DNA from: the human T2T-CHM13v2.0 reference genome, Homo sapiens
DNA: 64,000 nt
Assembly: GCF_009914755.1 (NCBI RefSeq)
Contig: NC_060948.1
Strand: one strand, 5' to 3'
The notes under the pieces are model-generated. The model made no database searches. It was not told where the DNA came from and worked only from the letters and a program-made list of their open reading frames with translations. Shown here in pieces: positions 39,435-53,152 of the stretch (position 1 is the stretch's first letter; every line of letters starts with the position of its first letter). A program made the translations under genes and the position numbers.

Positions 39435-42400
39435 ATTGAATCAAATCAATGGAATCAAATCAAATGGAATGGAAAGGAATTGAATGGAGTAGATTGGATT
39501 GGATGGGATTGGAATGAAATGTACTGGAAAGGACTCGAATTTCATGAAACGGAATGGAATGAATTGGAACGGAATGGACTCGAATGGAATGGAATGTCAT
39601 GGAATGGCATCAAATGGAATGGCATCAAATGGAATGGAATCGAATGCAATGGAATGCTATGGAATGGAATGGAATGCATTGGAATGGAATGTCCTCTAAT
39701 GGAATGGATTCGAGTGGAATGGAATTGAATATAATGGAGTCGAATGAAATGGAATTGAAAGGAATGGGATCGAATACAATGGAATATATTGGAATGTAAC
39801 GTAATGAACTCGAATGTAATTGACTGGAATGGAATGTATATGAATGGAATGTGATCGAATGGAAAGTAGTCCAATGGAATAGAATCTAATGCAATAAAAT
39901 CGACTCAGATAGAGTAGAATGTAATGGAATGGAGTGCAGTGCAATGGAATGGAATGGAATGGAATGCAATGGAATGGAATGGAATGGAATGGAATGGGAT
40001 GGAATGGTATGGAATGGATAGTAATGGACTGGAGTGAAATGGACTGGAAAGGAATGGACTCAAATTGAAAGGGCTCGAAAGGAATGGAGACAAATGGAAT
40101 GGTCTGGAATGGAATGAACACGAATGTAATGCAATCCAATAGAATGGAGTCGAATGGCATGGAATATAAAGAAATGGAATCGAAGAGAATGGAAACAAAT
40201 GGAATGGAATTGAATGGAATGGAATTGAATGGAATGGGAACGAATGGAGTGAAATGATATGCAGTAGAAGAGAATAGAATGGAATGCAAGCGAAAGGAAA
40301 GGAATGGATTGGAATGGAATGGAATTCATTGGAATGGAAGGGAATGTAGTGTAATGGACAGGCCTGGAATAAAGTGGAATGCTACGGTCTCGAATGGAAT
40401 AAAAATGTATGGAATGGAATGCAATGAAACGGAATCGAATGTCATAGAATGTAATGGAATGCAAAAAAATGGAATCCAAAATCATTGACTGGAAAGGCTG
40501 GGTGTCGAAAGGAATTGACTCCAATGGAATGGAATCGAATGGAATGGAAGTGAATAGAATCGAACTAAATCGAATGGAATGGAATTGATAGGAACGGAAT
40601 GGAAAGGAATGCAATGATTTGGCATGGAATGGAATCGAATGGCATCGAATGGAATGGAATGGAATGCAATGTAATGGAATGTATTAGAATGTAATGAACT
40701 TTAATGGAATGTACTCGAATGGATTCGACTGGAATGGAATGTTCTGGAAGTGAATGGACTCCAATGGAATGGATTCAAAAGGAATGGAATCGTACGGAAT
40801 GGAATCTAATGGAATGGAATTAAATGGAAATGAATCAAATTGAATAGCACGGAATTGAATTGAATGGAATGGAATGCAATGGAATCTAATGAAACGGAAA
40901 GGAAAGGAATGGAATGGAATGGAATGGGCTGGAATGGAAAGGAATCGAAACGAATGGAATGGAATCGAAGTGAAGAGACTGGAATGGAATGCACTGGAAT
41001 GGAAGGGAGTGTAATGGAAGGTTCTCGAAAAAAATGGAATCGAATGGAATGGAATTGAATGGAACGGAATAGAGTCGAATGGAATTGAATGGAATGGAAT
41101 GGACTAGAGTGAAATGGAATCGAACCACAAGGAATGGACAGGAATAGAATGGTCTCGAATTGAATGGAATCGTATGGAATGGCATCAAACGGAATGGAAT
41201 GGACAGCCACGGAATGGAATGCACTCGAATGCAATGGAGTCGAAACTAATGGACTGGAATAGAATGGACTCGACTGGTACGGACTCCAATGGAATGGAAT
41301 CGAATGGAAGGGAATCGAACGGAATGGACTCGAAGGGAAAAGACTGCAATGGAAAGGTCTCGAATGGAATGGAAATTAATGGAATGGAATGGAATCGAAT
41401 GAAATGGAGTCAAAAGGAATGGAATCGAATGGCAAGAAATCGAATGTAATGGAATCGCAAGGAATTGATGTGAACGGAACGGAATGGAATGGAATCCAAA
41501 GGAATGGAATAGAATGGAATGGAATCGAATGGAAAGGACTCGAATGGAAATCACTCGAATAGAATGCAATTTAATAAAATAGGATCAAATGTAATGGAAT
41601 GGAATGGAAAGGAATCGAAACGAAAGGAATGGAGACAGATGGAATGGAATGGAACAGAGAGCAATGGTATAGAATGGAATGGAATCATCTGGAATGGAAT
41701 TGAATGGAATGGAATAATATGAAATGGAATGGAATGGAATGGAATGGAATGCCCTTGAATTAAATGGACTGGACTCGAACAGAGTGGAATGGAAAGTGTT
41801 GAGATAGAATGGAATGGACTCCTTTGGAATGGTCTAGTATGCAATGCAATCGACTAGCAGGGAATCAAAAGGAATGTAATGGAATGGATTGGACTGGAAT
41901 GCAATGGACTCGAATAGATTGGAAACGGAATGCAAAGGAATGGAATGGAATAGTATGGAATGGAATGGAAAGGAATGGAGTGGAATAGACTAGAGTGGAA
42001 TGGAATGGACTGGAAAGCAATAGACTGGAATGGAACATTCTAGAATGGACTGGAATCAAACGGAATGGAATGCAATGCAATCAAATGGCATGGAATAAAA
42101 TAGAATGAAAGAGAATCAAATGGAATTGAATCGAATGGAATCGAATGGATTGGAAAGGAATAGAATGGAATGGAATGGAATTGACTCAAATGGAATGGAC
42201 TAGAATGGAATGGATTCGAATGGAAGGCAAAGGAATGGAATCTATTGGAATGGACTGTAATGGAATGGAATGGAAAGGATTGGAATGGACTCGAATGGAA
42301 TGGACTGCAATAGAAAGGATTCGAATGGAATGAAAAAGAATTGAATGGAATAGAACAGAATGGAATCAAATCGAATGAAATGGAATGGAATAGAAAGGAA

Positions 42401-42973
42401 TGGAATGAAATGGAATGGAAAGGATTCGAATGGAATGTAATCGAATGGAATGGAATCGAACGGAATGGAATAAAATGGAAGAAAACTGGCAAGAAATGGA
42501 ATCGAAATGAATGGAGTGTTATGGAACGGACTCAAAAGGAATTGAATGTAATAGAATGGAGTGGAGTGGACTCGAATATAATGGACTGGAATGGAATGAA
42601 ATCACATGGAATGGGAACGAATGGAATGGAATGGAAAGGAATGGAATCGAATGGAAAGGAATCGAATGGAAGGGAATGAAACTGAATCAACAGGAATGGA
42701 AGGGAATAGAATAGACGGTAATGGAATGGACTCGAATAGAATGGACACGAATGCTCAAATTGAATGGACTCGAATGGAATGGAAACGAAAGGAATGTCAT
42801 CGAATGGAATTGAATCGATTGGAATGAAATCGCATAGAATGGAGTGGAATCAAATGGAATTGAATCGAAAGGAAAGGAAGCGAATGGACTGAAATGAAAT
42901 GGAATGGAATTGAATGGAAAGTAATGCAATGGAATAGAATGGAACGAAATTTCACGGAATGGAATCAAACTGA
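39435..42973 (+). repeat. DYZ1 unit 12 (3539 bp)
   Basis: Landmark spacing 39542 to 43081. Confidence 0.9.
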
Positions 42974-45900
42974 ATGGAATCAAATCAATGGAATCAAATC
43001 AAATGGAATGGAAAGGAATTGAATGGAGTAGATGGGATTGGATGGGATTGGAATGAAATGTACTGGAAAGGACTCGAATTTCATGAAACGGAATGGAATG
43101 AATTGGAACGGAATGGACTCGAATGGAATGGAATGTCATGGAATGGCATCAAATGGAATGGCATCAAATGGAATGGAATCGAATGCAATGGAATGCTATG
43201 GAATGGAATGGAATGCATTGGAATGGAATGTCCTCTAATGGAATGGATTCGAGTGTAATGGAATCGAATATAATGGAGTCGAATGAAATGGAATTGAAAG
43301 GAATGGGATCGAATACAATGGAATATACTGGAATGTAACGTAATGAACTCGAATGTAATTGACTGGAATGGAATGTACATGAATGGAATGTAATCGAATG
43401 GAAAGTAATCCAATGGAATAGAATCTAATGCAATAAAATCGACTCAGATAGAGTAGAATGTAATGGAATGGAGTGCAGTGCAATGGAATGGAATGGAATG
43501 GAATGCAATGGAATGGAATGGGATGGAATGGTATGGAATGGATAGTAATGGACTGGAGTGAAATGGACTGGAAAGGAATGGACTCAAATTGAAAGGGCTC
43601 GAAAGGAATGGAGACAAATGGAATGGTCTGGAATGGAATGAACACGAATGTAATGCAATCCAATAGAATGGAGTCGAATGGCATGGAATATAAAGAAATG
43701 GAATCGAAGAGAATGGAAACAAATGGAATGGAATTGAATGGAATGGAATTGAATGGAATGGGAACGAATGGAGTGAAATTGTATGCAGTAGAAGAGAATA
43801 GAATGGAATGCAAGCGAAAGGAAAGGAATGGATTGGAATGGAATGGAATTCATTGGAATGGAAGGGAATGTAGTGTAATGGACAGGCCTGGAATAAAGTG
43901 GAATGCTACGGTCTCGAATGGAATAAAAATGTATGGAATGGAATGCAATGAAACGGAATCGAATGTCATAGAATGTAATGGAATGCAAAAAAATGGAATC
44001 CAAAATCATTGACTGGAAAGGCTGGGTGTCGAAAGGAATTGACTCCAATGGAATGGAATCGAATGGAATGGAAGTGAATAGAATCGAACTAAATCGAATG
44101 GAATGGAATTGATAGGAACGGAATGGAAAGGAATGCAATGATTTGGCATGGAATGGAATCGAATGGCATCGAATGGAATGGAATGGAATGCAATGGAATG
44201 GAATGTATTAGAATATAATGAACTTTAATGGAATGTACTCGAATGGATTCGACTGGAATGGAATGCTCTGGAAGTGAATGGACTCCAATGGAATGGATTC
44301 AAAAGGAATGGAATCGTACGGAATGGAATCTAATGGAATGGAATTAAATGGAAATGAATCAAATTGAATAGGACGGAATTGAATTGAATGGAATCGAATG
44401 CAATGGAATCTAATGAAACGGAAAGGAAAGGAATGGAATGGAATGGAATGGGCTGGAATGGAAAGGAATCGAAACGAATGGAATGGAATCGAACTGAAGA
44501 GACTGGAATGGAATGCACTGGAATGGAAGGGAGTGTAATGAAAGGTTCTCGAAAAAAATGGAATCGAATGGAATGGAATTGAATGGAACGGAATAGAGTC
44601 GAATGGAATTGAATGGAATGGAATGGACTAGAGTGAAATGGAATCGAACCACAAGGAATGGACAGGAATAGAATGGTCTCGAATTGAATGGAATCGTATG
44701 GAATGGCATCAAACGGAATGGAATGGACAGCCACGGAATGGAATGCACTCGAATGCAATGGAGTCGAAACTAATGGACTGGAATAGAATGGACTCGACTG
44801 GTACGGACTCCAATGGAATGGAATCGAATGGAAGGGAATCGAACGGAATGGACTCGAAGGGAAAAGACTGCAATGGAAAGGTCTCGAATGGAATGGAAAT
44901 TAATGGAATGGAATGGAATCGAATGAAATGGAGTCAAAAGGAATGGAATCGAATGGCAAGAAATCGAATGTAATGGAATCGCAAGGAATTGATGTGAACG
45001 GAACGGAATGGAATGGAATCCAAAGGAATGGAATAGAATGGAATGGAATCGAATGGAAAGGACTCGAATGGAAATCACTCGAATAGAATGCAATTTAATA
45101 AAATAGGATCAAATGTAATGGAATGGAATGGAAAGGAATCGAAACGAAAGGAATGGAGACAGATGGAATGGAATGGAACAGAGAGCAATGGTATAGAATG
45201 GAATGGAATCATCTGGAATGGAATTGAATGGAATGGAATAATATGAAATCGAATGAAATGGAATGGAACGGAATGCCCTTGAATTAAATGGACTGGAATG
45301 GAATGGACTCAAACAGAGTGGAATGGAAAGTGTGGAGATAGAATGGAATGAACTCCTTTGGAATGGTGTAGTATGCAATGCAATCGACTGGCAGGGAATC
45401 AAAAGGAATGTAATCGAATGGATTGGACTGGAATGCAATGGACTCGAATAGATTGGAAACGGAATGCAAAGGAATGGAATGGAATAGTGTGGAATGCAAT
45501 GGAAGAGAATGGAGTGGAATAGACTAGAGTGGAATGGAATGGACTGGAAAGCAATGGACTGGAATGGAACTTTCTTGGATGGACTGGAATCAAACGGAAT
45601 GGAATGCAATGCAATCAAATGGCATGGAATAAAATAGAATGAAAGAGAATCAAATGGAATTGAATCGAATGGAATCGAATGGATTGGAAAGGAATAGAAT
45701 GGAATGGAATGGAATTGACTCAAATGGAATGGACTAGAATGGAATGGATTCGAATGGAAGGCAAAGGAATGGAATCTATTGGAATGGACTGTAATGGAAT
45801 GGAATGGAAGGGATTGGAATGGACTCGAATGGAATGGACTGCAATAGAAAGGATTCGAATGGAATGAAAAATAATTGAATGGAATAGAACAGAATGGAAT

Positions 45901-46507
45901 CAAATCGAATGAAATGGAATGGAATAGAAAGGAATGGAATGAAATGGAATGGAAAGGATTCGAATGGAATGCAATCGAATGGAATGGAATCGAACGGAAT
46001 GGAATATAATGGAAGAAAACTGGCAAGAAATGGAATCGAAATGAATGGAGTGTTATGGAACGGACTCAAAAGGAATTGAATGTAATAGAATGGAGTGGAG
46101 TGGACTCGAATATAATGGACTGGAATGGAATGAAATCACATGGAATGGGAACGAATGGAATGGAATGGAAAGGAATGGAATCGAATGGAAAGGAATCGAA
46201 TGGAAGGGAATGAAATTGAATCAACAGGAATGGAAGGGTATAGAATAGACTGTAATGGAATGGACTCGAATAGAATGGACACGAATGCTCAAATTAAATG
46301 GACTCGAATGGAATGGAAACGAAAGGAATGTCATCGAATGGAATTGAATCGATTGGAATGAAATCGCATAGAATGGAGTGGAATCAAATGGAATTGAATC
46401 GAAAGGAAAGGAAGCGAATGGACTGAAATGAAATGGAATGGAATTGAATGGAAAGAAATGCAATGGAATAGAATGGAACGAAATTTCACGGAATGGAATC
46501 AAACTGA
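42974..46507 (+). repeat. DYZ1 unit 13 (3534 bp)
   Basis: Anchors 42974 and 46508. Confidence 0.9.
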
Positions 46508-49500
46508 ATGGAATCAAATCAATGGAATCAAATCAAATGGAATGGAAAGGAATTGAATGGAGTAGATGGGATTGGATGGGATTGGAATGAAATGTACTGG
46601 AAAGGACTCGAATTTCATGAAACGGAATGGAATGAATTGGAACGGAATGGACTCGAATGGAATGGAATGTCATGGGATGGCATCAAATGGAATGGCATCA
46701 AATGGAATGGAATCGAATGCAATGGAATGCTATGGAATGGAATGGAATGCATTGGAATGGAATGTCCTCTAATGGAATGGATTCGAGTGGAATGGAATTG
46801 AATATAATGGAGTCGAATGAAATGGAATTGAAAGGAATGGGATCGAATACAATGGAATATACTGGAATGTAACGTAATGAACTCGAATGTAATTGACTGG
46901 AATGGAATGTACATGAATGGAATGTAATCGAATGGAAAGTAATCCAATGGAATAGAATCTAATGCAATAAAATCGACTCAGATAGAGTAGAATGTAATGG
47001 AATGGAGTGCAGTGCAATGGAATGGAATGGAATGGAATGCAATGGAATGGAATGGGATGGAATGGTATGGAATGGATAGTAATGGACTGGAGTGAACTGG
47101 ACTGGAAAGGAATGGACTGAAATTGAAAGGGCTCGAAAGGAATGGAGACAAATGGAATGGTCTGGAATGGAATGAACACGAATGTAATGCAATCCAATAG
47201 AATGGAGTCGAATGGCATGGAATATAAAGAAATGGAATCGAAGAGAATGGAAACAAATGGAATGGAATTGAATGGAATGGAATTGAATGGAATGGGAACG
47301 AATGGAGTGAAATTGTATGCAGTAGAAGAGAATAGAATGGAATGCAAGCGAAAGGAAAGAATGGATTGGAATGGAATGGAATTCATTGGAATGGAAGGGA
47401 ATGTAGTGTAATGGACAGGCCTGGAATAAAGTGGAATGCTACGGTCTCGAATGGAATAAAAATGTATGGAATGGAATGCAATGAAACGGAATCGAATGTC
47501 ATAGAATGTAATGGAATGCAAAAAACTGGAATCCAAAATCATTGACTGGAAAGGCTGGGTGTCGAAAGGAATTGACTCCAATGGTATGGAATCGAATGGA
47601 ATGGAAGTGAATAGAATCGAACTAAATCGAATGGAATGGAATTGATAGGAACGGAACGGAAAGGAATGCAATGATTTGGCATGGAATGGAATCGAACGGC
47701 ATCGAATGGAATGGAATGGAATGCAAAGGAATGGAATGTATTAGAATGTAATGAACTTTAATGGAATGTACTCGAATGGATTCGACTGGAATGGAATGTT
47801 CTGGAAGTGAATGGACTCCAATGGAATGGATTCAAAAGGAATGGAATCGTACGGAATGGAATGTAATGGAATGGAATTAAATGGAAATGAATCAAATTGA
47901 ATAGCACGGAATTGAATTGAATGGAATCGAATGCAATGGAATCTAATGAAACGGAAAGGAAAGGAATGGAATGGAATAGAATGGGATGGAATGGAAAGGA
48001 ATCGAAACGAATGGAATGGAATCGAAGTGAAGAGACTGGAATGGAATGCACTGGAATGGAAGGGAGTGTAATGGAAGGTTCTCGAAAAAAATGGAATCGA
48101 ATGGAATGGAATTGAATGGAACGGAATAGAGTCGAATGGAATTGAATGGAATGGAATGGACTAGAGTGAAATGGAATCGAACCACAAGGAATGGACAGGA
48201 ATAGAATGGTCTCGAATTGAATGGAATCGTATGGAATGGCATCAAACGGAATGGAATGGACAGCCACGGAATGGAATGCACTCGAATGCAATGGAGTCAA
48301 AACTAATGGACTGGAATAGAATGGACTCGACTGGTACGGACTCCAATGGAATGGAATCGAATGGAAGGGAATCGAACGGAATGGACTCGAAGGGAAAAGA
48401 CTGCAATGGAAAGGTCTCGAATGGAATGGAAATTAATGGAATGGAATGGAATCGAATGAAATGGAGTCAAAAGGAATGGAATCGAATGGCAAGAAATCGA
48501 ATGTAATGGAATCGCAAGGAATTGATGTGAACGGAACGGAATGGAATGGAATCCAAAGGAATGGAATAGAATGGAATGGAATCGAATGGAAAGGACTCGA
48601 ATGGAAATCACTCGAATAGAATGCAATTTAATAAAATAGGATCAAATGTAATGGAATGGAATGGAAAGGAATCGAAACGAAAGGAATGGAGAGAGATGGA
48701 ATGGAATGGAACAGAGAGCAATGGTATAGAATGGAATGGAATCATCTGGAATGGAATTGAATGGAATGGAATAATATGAAATGGAATGGAATGGAATGGA
48801 ATGGAATGCCCTTGAATTAAATGGACTGGACTCGAACAGAGTGGAATGGAAAGTGTTGAGATAGAATGGAATGGACTCCTTTGGAATGGTCTAGTATGCA
48901 ATGCAATCGACTGGCAGGGAACCAAAAGGAATGTAATGGAATGGATTGGAGTGGAATGCAATGGACTCGAATAGATTGGAAACGGAATGCAAAGGAATGG
49001 AATGGAATAGTATGGAATGGAAAGAAATGGAATGGAAAGGATTCGAATGGAATGCAATCGAATGGAATGGAATCGAACGGAATGGAATAAAATGGAAGAA
49101 AACTGGCAAGAAATGGAATCGAAATGAATGGAGTGTTATGGAAGGGACTCAAAAGGAATTGAATGTAATAGAATGGAGTGGAGTGGACTCGAATATAATG
49201 GACTGGAATGGAATGAAATCACATGGAATGGGAACGAATGGAATGGAATGGAAAGGAATGGAATCGAATGGAAAGGAATCGAATGGAAGGGAATGAAATT
49301 GAATCAACAGGAATGGAAGGGAATAGAATAGACTGTAATGGAATGGACTCGAATAGAATGGACACGAATGCTCAAATTAAATGGACTCGAATGGAATGGA
49401 AACGAAAGGAATGTCATCGAATGGAATTGAATCGATTGGAATGAAATCGCATAGAATGGAGTGGAATCAAATGGAATTGAATCGAAAGGAAAGGAAGCGA

Positions 49501-49590
49501 ATGGACTGAAATGAAATGGAATGGAATTGAATGGAAACTAATGCAATGGAATAGAATGGAACGAAATTTCACGGAATGGAATCAAACTGA
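46508..49590 (+). repeat. DYZ1 unit 14, internally deleted variant (3083 bp; 440-bp deletion at ~49020)
   Basis: Anchors 46508 and 49591; tagtatgg to gaaaactggc distance is 90 bp here versus 530 bp in unit 12. Confidence 0.92.
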
Positions 49591-52500
49591 ATGGAATCAA
49601 ATCAATGGAATCAAATCAAATGGAATGGAAAGGAATTGAATGGAGTAGATTGGATTGGATGGGATTGGAATGAAATGTACTGGAAAGGACTCGAATTTCA
49701 TGAAACGGAATGGAATGAATTGGAACGGAATGGACTCGAATGGAATGGAATGTCATGGAATGGCATCAAATGGAATGGCATCAAATGGAATGGAATCGAA
49801 TGCAATGGAATGCTATGGAATGGAATGGAATGCATTGGAATGGAATGTCCTCTAATGGAATGGATTCGAGTGGAATGGAATCGAATATAATGGAGTCGAA
49901 TGAAATGGAATTGAAAGGAATGGGATCGAATACAATGGAATATACTGGAATGTAACGTAATGAACTCGAATGTAATTGACTGGAATGGAATGTACATGAA
50001 TGGAATGTAATCGAATGGAAAGTAATCCAATGGAATAGAATCTAATGCAATAAAATCGACTCAGATAGAGTAGAATGTAATGGAATGGAGTGCAGTGCAA
50101 TGGAATGGAATGGAATGGAATGCAATGGAATGCAATGGAATGGAATGGAATGGAATGGAATGGGATGGAATGGTATGGAATGGATAGTAATGGACTGGAG
50201 TGAAATGGACTGGAAATGAATGGACTCAAATTGAAAGGGCTCGAAAGGAATGGAGTCAAAAGGAATGGTCTGGAATGGAATGAACACGAATGTAATGCAA
50301 TCCAAAAGAATGGAATCGAATGGCATGGAATATAAAGAAATGGAATCGAAGAGAATGGAAACAAATGGAATGGAATTGAATGGAATGGAATTGAATGGAA
50401 TGGGAACGAATGGAGTGAAATTGTATGCAGTAGAAGGGAATAGCATGGAATGCAAGCGAAAGGAAAGAATGGATTGGAATGGAATGGAATTCATTGGAAT
50501 GGAAGGGAATGTAGTGTAATGGGCAGGCCTGGAATAAAGTGGAATGCTACGGTCTCGAATGGAATAAAAATGTATGGAATGGAATGCAATGAAACGGAAT
50601 CGAATGTCATAGAATGTAATGGAATGCAAAAAAATGGAATCCAAAATCATTGACTGGAAAGGCTGGGTGTCGAAAGGAATTGACTCCAATGGAATGGAAT
50701 CGAATGGAATGGAAGTGAATAGAATCGAACTAAATCGAATGGAATGGAATTGATAGGAACGGAATGGAAAGGAATGCAATGATTTGGCATGGAATGGAAT
50801 CGAATGGCATCGAATGGAATGGAATGGAATGCAATGGAATGGAATGTATTAGAATGTAATGAACATTAATGGAATGTAATCGAATGGATTCGACTGGAAT
50901 GGAATGTTCTGGAAGTGAATGGACTCCAATGGAATGGATTCGAAAGGAATGGAATCGAACAGAATGGAATCTAATGGAATGGAATTAAATGGAAATGAAT
51001 CAAATTGAATAGCACGGAATTGAATTGAATTGAATGGAATCGAATGCAATGGAATCTAATGAAACGGAAAGGAAAGGAATGGAATGGAATGGAATGGGCT
51101 GGAATGGAAAGGAATCGAAACGAATGGAATGGAATCGAACTGAAGAGACTGGAATGGAATGCACTGGAATGGAAGGGAGTGTAATGGAAGGTTCTCGAAA
51201 ATAATGGAATCGAATGGAATGGAATTGAATGGAACGGAATAGAGTCGAATGGAATTGAATGGAATGGAATGGACTAGAGTGAAATGGAATCGAACCACAA
51301 GGAATGGACTGGAATAGAATGGTCTCGAATTGAATGGAATCGTATGGAATGGCATCAAACGGAATGGAATGGACAGCCACGGAATGGAATGCACTCGAAT
51401 GCAATGGAGTCGAAACTTATGGACTGGAATAGAATTGACTCGACTCTACGGACTCCAATGGAATGGAATCGAATGGAAGGGATTCGAACGGAATGGACTC
51501 GAAGGGAAAAGACTGCAATGGAAAGGTCTCGAATGGAATGGAAATTAATGGAATGGAATGGAATCGAATGAAATGGAGTCAAAAGGAATGGAATCGAATG
51601 GCAAGAAATCGAATGTAATGGAATCGCAAGGAATTGATGTGAACGGAACGGAATGGAATGGAATCCAAAGGAATGGAATAGAATGGAATGGAATCGAATG
51701 GAAAGGACTCGAATGGAAATCACTCGAATGGAATGAAATTTAATAAAATAGGATCAAATGTAATTGAATGGAATGGAAAGGAATCGAAACGAAAGTAATG
51801 GAGACAGATGGAATGGAATGGAACAGAGAGCAATGGTATAGAATGGAATGGAATCATCTGGAATGGAATTGAATGGAATGGAATAATATGAAATGGAATG
51901 GAATGGAATGGAATGGAATGCCCTTGAATTAAATGGACTGGAATGGAATGGACTCGAACAGAGTGGAATGGAAAGTGTTGAGATAGAATGGAATGGACTC
52001 TTTTAGAATGGTCTAGTATGCAATGCAATCGACTGGCAGGGAATCAAAAGGAATGTAATCGAATGGATTGGACTGGAATGCAATGGACTCGAATAGATTG
52101 GAAACGGAATGCAAAGGAATGGAATGGAATAGTATGGAATGGAATGGAAAGGAATGGAGTGGAATAGACTAGAGTGGAATGGAATGGACTGGAAAGCAAT
52201 GGACTGGAATGGAACTTTCTTGAATGGACTGGAATCAAACGGAATGGAATGCAATGCAATCAAATGGCATGGAATAAAATAGAATGAAAGAGAATCAAAT
52301 GGAATTGAATCGAATGGAATCGAATGGATTGGAAAGGAATAGAATGGAATGGAATGGAATTGACTCAAATGGAATGGACTAGAATGGAATGGATTCGAAT
52401 GGAAGGTAAAGGAATGGAATCTATTGGAATGGACAGTAATGGAATGGAATGGAAGGGATTGGAATGGACTCGAATGGAATGGACTGCAATAGAAAGGATT

Positions 52501-53152
52501 CGAATGGAATGAAAAAGAATTGAATGGAATAGAACAGAATGGAATCAAATCGAATGAAATGGAATGGAATAGAAAGGAATGGAATGAAATGGAATGGAAA
52601 GGATTCGAATGGAATGCAATCGAATGGAATGGAATCGAACGGAATGGAATAAAATGGAAGAAAACTGGCAAGAAATGGAATCGAAATGAATGGAGTGTTA
52701 TGGAACGGACTCAAAAGGAATTGAATGTAATAGAATGGAGTGGAGTGGACTCGAATATAATGAACTGGAATGGAATGAAATCACATGGAATGGGAACGAA
52801 TGGAATGGAATGGAAAGGAATGGAATCGAATGGAAAGGAATCGAATGGAAGGGAATGAAATTGAATCAACAGGAATGGAAGGGAATAGAATAGACGGTAA
52901 TGGAATGGACTCGAATAGAATGGACACGAATGCTCAAATTGAATGGACTCGAATGGAATGGAAACGAAAGGAATGTCATCGAATGGAATTGAATCGATTG
53001 GAATGAAATCGCATAGAATGGAGTGGAATCAAATGGAATTGAATCGAAAGGAAAGGAAGCGAATGGACTGAAATGAAATGGAATGGAATTGAATGGAAAG
53101 TAATGCAATGGAATAGAATGGAACGAAATTTCACGGAATGGAATCAAACTGA
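49591..53152 (+). repeat. DYZ1 unit 15 (3562 bp)
   Basis: Anchors 49591 and 53153. Confidence 0.9.
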
